DNA of 64,000 nt from Bdellovibrio sp. (GTDB taxonomy: Bacteria > Bdellovibrionota > Bdellovibrionia > Bdellovibrionales > Bdellovibrionaceae), in the NCBI GenBank assembly GCA_036677065.1, contig JAKFBS010000004.1:576001-640000 (forward strand), written 5' to 3'. The notes beneath the pieces were generated by a model. That model did not search any database. It saw only the letters and a list, made by a program, of their open reading frames with translations, and was not told the origin of the DNA. Positions 59,597 through 64,000 of the stretch are shown in pieces. Position 1 is the first letter of the stretch. Every line of letters starts with the position of its first letter. The position numbers and the translations under genes are program-made.

Positions 59597-60475
59597 TTGA
59601 AGCAACTTAATCCGTTATTAGCAAAGTCGACATGGTTGGAATCTGGTGACATCAGACCTTATGTGTTTGTGCGTCCAGAAAATCAGATTGCTCAACCAGG
59701 GACTCGTCATCATTTGGATTGGTTTATTCATGAACCTATTTATAAAAATCCGTTAAACTTAAATGAGCTTCCTTTTGCCGATGCGATTTATCAAATCGAG
59801 TGGAAGTCATTTGGTAAACAAGATTTAGCGATTCCGCGCTGGGTATTTTATGATTGCGCAGCAATGCCAGGCTTTATTGCCGGTTTTGCTGGTCGCACAT
59901 CTAAATTACCAAAACAATTAGTTAAAGATCTTGGGATTCCGGAAACTGAAGAATGGTGCCCGTTATCTTTATTTATTATTATTCCGACGATGCACAAAGG
60001 GGAGTGGGTTGCCTACGATCTTTGTTCGGTGAATTCATTTTTACCGAAAGAGCAGCAGTACCACGGACTAGGCTTTTTATCTAAGGCCTTTGCTTTGTGG
60101 TATGCCAATGTTGAGCAGTGCTCTGGCATGACCCAGTGGGGATCACCGTCATTAAAATTACATTCACACTACGGCCACTTAGAATTAATTGGTTCGTATG
60201 CTCCGCTACACACGCACGCAAAAACGATGACCTATCGTTGTGATGTGAATACTGATTGTTGGGAAAAGTTTTTTACTAAAGAAGAAGACATGGCGTTTCT
60301 TGAAAAATGCGCCCCTTCTGGAAAAACGATTGATCCAAAAAGTGAACAGTCGATGATTGAAATGCAAAATTTAATACAGCAAAACCTTGGCCCTTATTAT
60401 TTAAGTGCTACCGAAATTGCTAAACAAGAATTATCCGCACCTTTAACAGTCTACCATTTAAAAAAAGAGAGATAA
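59597..60475 (+). CDS. Conserved-looking hypothetical protein, possible GNAT-like fold
   Basis: 292-codon ORF; QYHGLG resembles GNAT motif A. Confidence 0.65.
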   Translation: MKQLNPLLAKSTWLESGDIRPYVFVRPENQIAQPGTRHHLDWFIHEPIYKNPLNLNELPFADAIYQIEWKSFGKQDLAIPRWVFYDCAAMPGFIAGFAGRTSKLPKQLVKDLGIPETEEWCPLSLFIIIPTMHKGEWVAYDLCSVNSFLPKEQQYHGLGFLSKAFALWYANVEQCSGMTQWGSPSLKLHSHYGHLELIGSYAPLHTHAKTMTYRCDVNTDCWEKFFTKEEDMAFLEKCAPSGKTIDPKSEQSMIEMQNLIQQNLGPYYLSATEIAKQELSAPLTVYHLKKER

Positions 60476-60480
60476 AATAC

Positions 60481-60918
60481 ATGGCTGAATTAACGTTACC
60501 CGCAGTTGCTAAATCGTTCCACACTCATTGCAAAAAATGTGAAGGCGATCGTTATCACATCGTTTTAGCTCACACGTCTTCGACAAAAGCGAAAATTGAA
60601 TGTGAAGTTTGTAAATCACGTAAAACGTATACATTACCTAAAACGGGAAGCGCTTCTCCAAGTGCAGTTCGTTTAAGTGCTAAAGGTACAAAAGCAAAAG
60701 CTAATTCGGCAAAATCACACACAGGCCAATACGAAGTTTATAATTCAAACCGTATGGCTGATGAAGCGACTCCTTATTCTATTAAAGGCAGCTTTAAAGA
60801 AACACAAAAATTAAATCATGCTAAATTTGGTATTGGCTTTGTGACTAAAACTTACGATGAAAAAATCGATGTTATTTTTTCTGATGAAGTTCGCACGTTA
60901 ATGCAAAATCGCAAGTAA
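60481..60918 (+). CDS. Zn-ribbon hypothetical protein
   Basis: CKKC...CEVC; C-terminal H.KFG.G.V SH3/Tudor-like motif. Confidence 0.75.
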   Translation: MAELTLPAVAKSFHTHCKKCEGDRYHIVLAHTSSTKAKIECEVCKSRKTYTLPKTGSASPSAVRLSAKGTKAKANSAKSHTGQYEVYNSNRMADEATPYSIKGSFKETQKLNHAKFGIGFVTKTYDEKIDVIFSDEVRTLMQNRK

Positions 60919-60949
60919 TTGCCAAGTAACGCATAAACTACAGATCACC

Positions 60950-62959
60950 GTGAATAAGTGGACCCAAGGACTCAATCCAGAGCAAGGCGATGCCGTGAAC
61001 CATAATCACGGCCCGCTGCTTATTTTAGCCGGAGCCGGCTCGGGTAAAACCACGGTTTTAGTTTCACGCACGGGGCGTTTGATCGACGAAAAAATCGCCA
61101 AAGCCGAAGAGATCTGCGTTTTAACTTTTACGAATAAGGCCGCGCGTGAATTAAAACACCGCGTGCAAGTTAAAGTCGGGATTAAATCAAAAGGCCTATG
61201 GGCTGGAACCTTTCATTCATTTGGATTACAACTTTTGCGTAAAAACCATAAACTTTGTGGTTTGCCGGCACAGTTCGGAATTTTAGATCAGTCAGATTCA
61301 CAAGCGGTCTTAAAAGACTTAGCTAAAAATCTGCGTAACACCACTAAAGATAAATTCGATTTTTCAAAAGTTTTAGATTTAGTGAATCAACTTCGCGCTA
61401 AAAAAACTTTACCTGTTGAATTAGAAGAGTATCACGAAATGGCGATGGCATTAATGCCCGGCTATGAGAAGGAACTTTTACGCCTAGGTGTGGTGGATTT
61501 TGAAGGTTTATTATTAGAACCTTTAAGGTTATTTCAAAAACATCCCGAAGTTCTGGTGAATACGCAAGAGCGTTTCAAACAGATCATGGTGGATGAATTT
61601 CAAGATACCAATCAAGAGCAGATGAAATTAATTCGCGCAATTTCTGAATCGCACACCAATCTTGCCGTTGTAGGTGATGATGACCAGTCGATTTACGGTT
61701 GGCGCGGCGCCGAGATTCAGAATATTTTAAATTTTCCGAAAGAATTTAAAAACTGCCAGGTGATTAAATTAGAGCGTAATTACCGATCGAGCGAAAATAT
61801 TTTAGATTTAGGCAATGCCGTTATCGCCAAAAACGCCAAACGTCATGGTAAAGTTTTACGTTCTGAAAAAGCCAAAAAAATTGAACACCAAAAACCTGAG
61901 GTCTTTGTTTTAGATAACGAAGATGACGAAGCTGACTTTGTTTGTCGTGAAATTCAAACGATCAAAGCTGCCGGTGGTAAAAATCGTGATATCGCGATTT
62001 TATACAGATCTAACACGCAAGGGGCCTTTATCGAGACCAGCTTGCGTAAAGGCCAAATTCCTTACAGCATCACTGGCGGCACTTCGATCTTTGATCGTAA
62101 AGAAGCCAAAGACTGGTTGGCGTATTTAAAACAATCTTTAAATGATGATGAAGTTTCATTTCGTCGTATCGTCAATTTGCCGCCGCGCGGTTTGGGTGAA
62201 AACACTCTAGATAAGCTGATGGCCTACGCAGAAGAAGTTGAACTGAACTTGCCGCAAGCTTCAAAAAAGTGGGATAAAGCAGGGCTTCCTGAAGATAAAG
62301 GTAAAATTTTAGATAACTTTAATGAATGGATGTGGACGTTTCCACAACGTTTATTAGATGACACTTCAATTGGTGAAACCATTTCTAAACGTTTTGAATT
62401 TCTTGTGCGTGAAATTGGTTATCGTGACCACATGATCAAAAACTCTGAAGGCATGGCGTTTGATAAAAAATGGCAAGTCGTTGAGATCGTGGGCCGAATA
62501 TTAGAAAGTTATGTGGGTCGTCGTGAACCTTCAATTGGCACGCTGAAAGATTTCGTTGATAGCATGCAGCTTCGTGATGATGTCGGTAATGAAGAAGTCA
62601 AAGATGAAGTGCAGTTGATGACGTTTCATGCCTCGAAAGGTTTGGAATTTCCGAATGTAATTTTAGTGGGGGTTGAAGAAGATTTGCTTCCGCATAAACG
62701 TTTAGGTGGAGACATCGATGAAGAGCGCAGACTTTTTTATGTGGGTATCACGCGGGCGCAAGAAAAGCTGACTTTAAGTTATTGTCGGCAGCGAAAAAAG
62801 CAGGGCGTGGTTCGTCCGGTGTCACCATCGCGGTTTTTGTTAGAAGTAGATCAAAGTCTTGTTGTGTGTCACGAAATGGGAAATCGTCCCGTTTCGGCCG
62901 ATGAGCGTGAAGATCTTGTTAAAAACTTTTTAGCTAAATTTGATTCTGCAAAAAAATAA
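60950..62959 (+). CDS. UvrD/Rep/PcrA family helicase
   Basis: AGAGSGKT, VDEFQD, GDDDQSIY.WRGA, HASKGLEF and EERRLFYVGITRA motifs. Confidence 0.96.
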   Translation: MNKWTQGLNPEQGDAVNHNHGPLLILAGAGSGKTTVLVSRTGRLIDEKIAKAEEICVLTFTNKAARELKHRVQVKVGIKSKGLWAGTFHSFGLQLLRKNHKLCGLPAQFGILDQSDSQAVLKDLAKNLRNTTKDKFDFSKVLDLVNQLRAKKTLPVELEEYHEMAMALMPGYEKELLRLGVVDFEGLLLEPLRLFQKHPEVLVNTQERFKQIMVDEFQDTNQEQMKLIRAISESHTNLAVVGDDDQSIYGWRGAEIQNILNFPKEFKNCQVIKLERNYRSSENILDLGNAVIAKNAKRHGKVLRSEKAKKIEHQKPEVFVLDNEDDEADFVCREIQTIKAAGGKNRDIAILYRSNTQGAFIETSLRKGQIPYSITGGTSIFDRKEAKDWLAYLKQSLNDDEVSFRRIVNLPPRGLGENTLDKLMAYAEEVELNLPQASKKWDKAGLPEDKGKILDNFNEWMWTFPQRLLDDTSIGETISKRFEFLVREIGYRDHMIKNSEGMAFDKKWQVVEIVGRILESYVGRREPSIGTLKDFVDSMQLRDDVGNEEVKDEVQLMTFHASKGLEFPNVILVGVEEDLLPHKRLGGDIDEERRLFYVGITRAQEKLTLSYCRQRKKQGVVRPVSPSRFLLEVDQSLVVCHEMGNRPVSADEREDLVKNFLAKFDSAKK

Positions 62960-63012
62960 TAAACCATTGTTTCAGGCTGATACAATCCAGTAAACAAAAC
63001 AGATAAAAATCT

Positions 63013-63039
63013 TTAAAAAATCGTCAATTATGCCGACAA
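63013..63039 (+). promoter_or_regulatory. Putative sigma-28 (FliA)-like promoter
   Basis: TTAAA...GCCGACAA compared with consensus TAAA-N15-GCCGATAA. Confidence 0.45.
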
Positions 63040-63049
63040 GTTACCTGTG

Positions 63050-64000
63050 GTGAACGTACGTTGGCAGACTAAAAATCTGAATCTTTTTGTAATCGTTTTT
63101 GTATTCATGTTTATGAATACATCACCGACATTTGCCGGACCAAATCGCACAACCTATCAAGCTAAAATTGTAAAACCAGATGGCTATCCACTTGAATCTT
63201 CGAGCGTTAATTTTAAATTTACAATTTTAGATCCGACCGGAAGTTGTATTTTATATGCTGAAACTTATTCTTCAGTGAATATGTCTTCAACTGGCGGATT
63301 AATTTCTTTCTCGTTAGGATCTGGCGTTAAAACATATCCAGCATCAGCTACAACATTTGAACAGGTTTTTTCTAATATCACTCCGACGTTATCTTGTGAT
63401 GCCGGTGGACCGCCAAGTTATTCTCCGGCAAGCAGCGACGCGCGAAAAATCGTGATGCAGTTTCATGACGGTGCCGGTTGGCAAACTTTGCCTGCGATGA
63501 GCATCAACGCTGTACCATATGCAATGTACGCCAGTGAAGCTTCTAGCTTAAATGGTAAAACTGATGCTGACTTTGTTCAGCTTGCATCGGTGCCAACGTG
63601 TTTAACAACAGAAGCTCTGCATTACAACGGCACTAGTTTTTCGTGTGTGAATACGGCGAGTGTTTCTGCAGCGGCCGTGGTTTCTGCATTAGGTTATACT
63701 CCCGCAGATGCGGTGAGCGTGACAGCGCTGAGCTCTTCGTTATCGACGACAGATTCGGCAGTGTCGGCTGTATCAGCTTCTGTATTTTCAGTAGCCGCTA
63801 ATGTCGCTTCGGTTTCGTCAAGTGTGTTTGCTGTTTCTTCAACGGTTTCATTATTAGCTAATACAGTTTCTGCGATCACGTCATCGCAATGGACATCAAG
63901 CGGAACAACAGTTTTTTACAATGCTGGAAATGTAGGAATCGGCACAGATAATCCGATCACCACATTAGAAGTGAGCGGAGCAATTACTGCGACTAACGGA
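63050..64000 (+). CDS. 3'-truncated Bdellovibrio-type fibre adhesin (tail-fibre/MAT-like), missing from the ORF track
   Basis: Open frame from GTG 63047/63050 to the window end: signal peptide ...SPTFA, TYQAKIVKPDGYPLE, CILY.E, VPYAMYA, ALGYTP, heptad S/A/V stalk and GNVGIGT. Confidence 0.85.
   Translation, partial: MNVRWQTKNLNLFVIVFVFMFMNTSPTFAGPNRTTYQAKIVKPDGYPLESSSVNFKFTILDPTGSCILYAETYSSVNMSSTGGLISFSLGSGVKTYPASATTFEQVFSNITPTLSCDAGGPPSYSPASSDARKIVMQFHDGAGWQTLPAMSINAVPYAMYASEASSLNGKTDADFVQLASVPTCLTTEALHYNGTSFSCVNTASVSAAAVVSALGYTPADAVSVTALSSSLSTTDSAVSAVSASVFSVAANVASVSSSVFAVSSTVSLLANTVSAITSSQWTSSGTTVFYNAGNVGIGTDNPITTLEVSGAITATNG

Noticed and set aside
63694..63879. 61-aa acidic Thr/Glu-rich minus-strand ORF
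   Set aside because: It is the antisense reading of the Ser/Ala/Val stalk of the fibre gene.

Overview
Chromosomal window of an AT-rich predatory bacterium, most likely Bdellovibrionaceae. That assignment is inferred from the efp-TPR-tamB-tamA block, TIGR02147-like HTH genes, a split comEC and a Bdellovibrio-type fibre adhesin at the right edge. About 1-19.4 kb is an accessory-looking patchwork of small genes: SDR, radical SAM, cupin, a Fur-family regulator, a GcvH-like gene, a two-component system and a secreted CxxCH protein. It ends at tRNA-Glu and tRNA-Lys. The rest is mostly core: purA/serA/aminotransferase, lptE-holA, an L,D-transpeptidase operon, prpDBC, tamAB, efp, ruvCAB-lpxC, ald, comEC/LysM/dprA, lptF, trxA/grx, dus, fumC and a UvrD-family helicase. 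No integrase, transposase, CRISPR array or rRNA was seen. The most interesting signals are unannotated or non-coding. (1) A candidate ~115-nt sRNA with two AUGGAU-loop hairpins typical of CsrA sponges, plus a matching AUGGAU hairpin beside the Shine-Dalgarno of the TPR-tamB-tamA operon. (2) An unannotated 45-aa secreted Gly-rich peptide coupled to an HTH-type gene. (3) A GcvH-like protein whose lipoyl Lys is Arg, under a palindrome it shares with the Fur-family gene. (4) A GTAA-N7-GTAR motif before DNA-repair genes. (5) An L,D-transpeptidase with an exported HEAT-repeat partner. (6) Several structured intergenic elements. All family calls come from motif recognition by eye; no searches were run.
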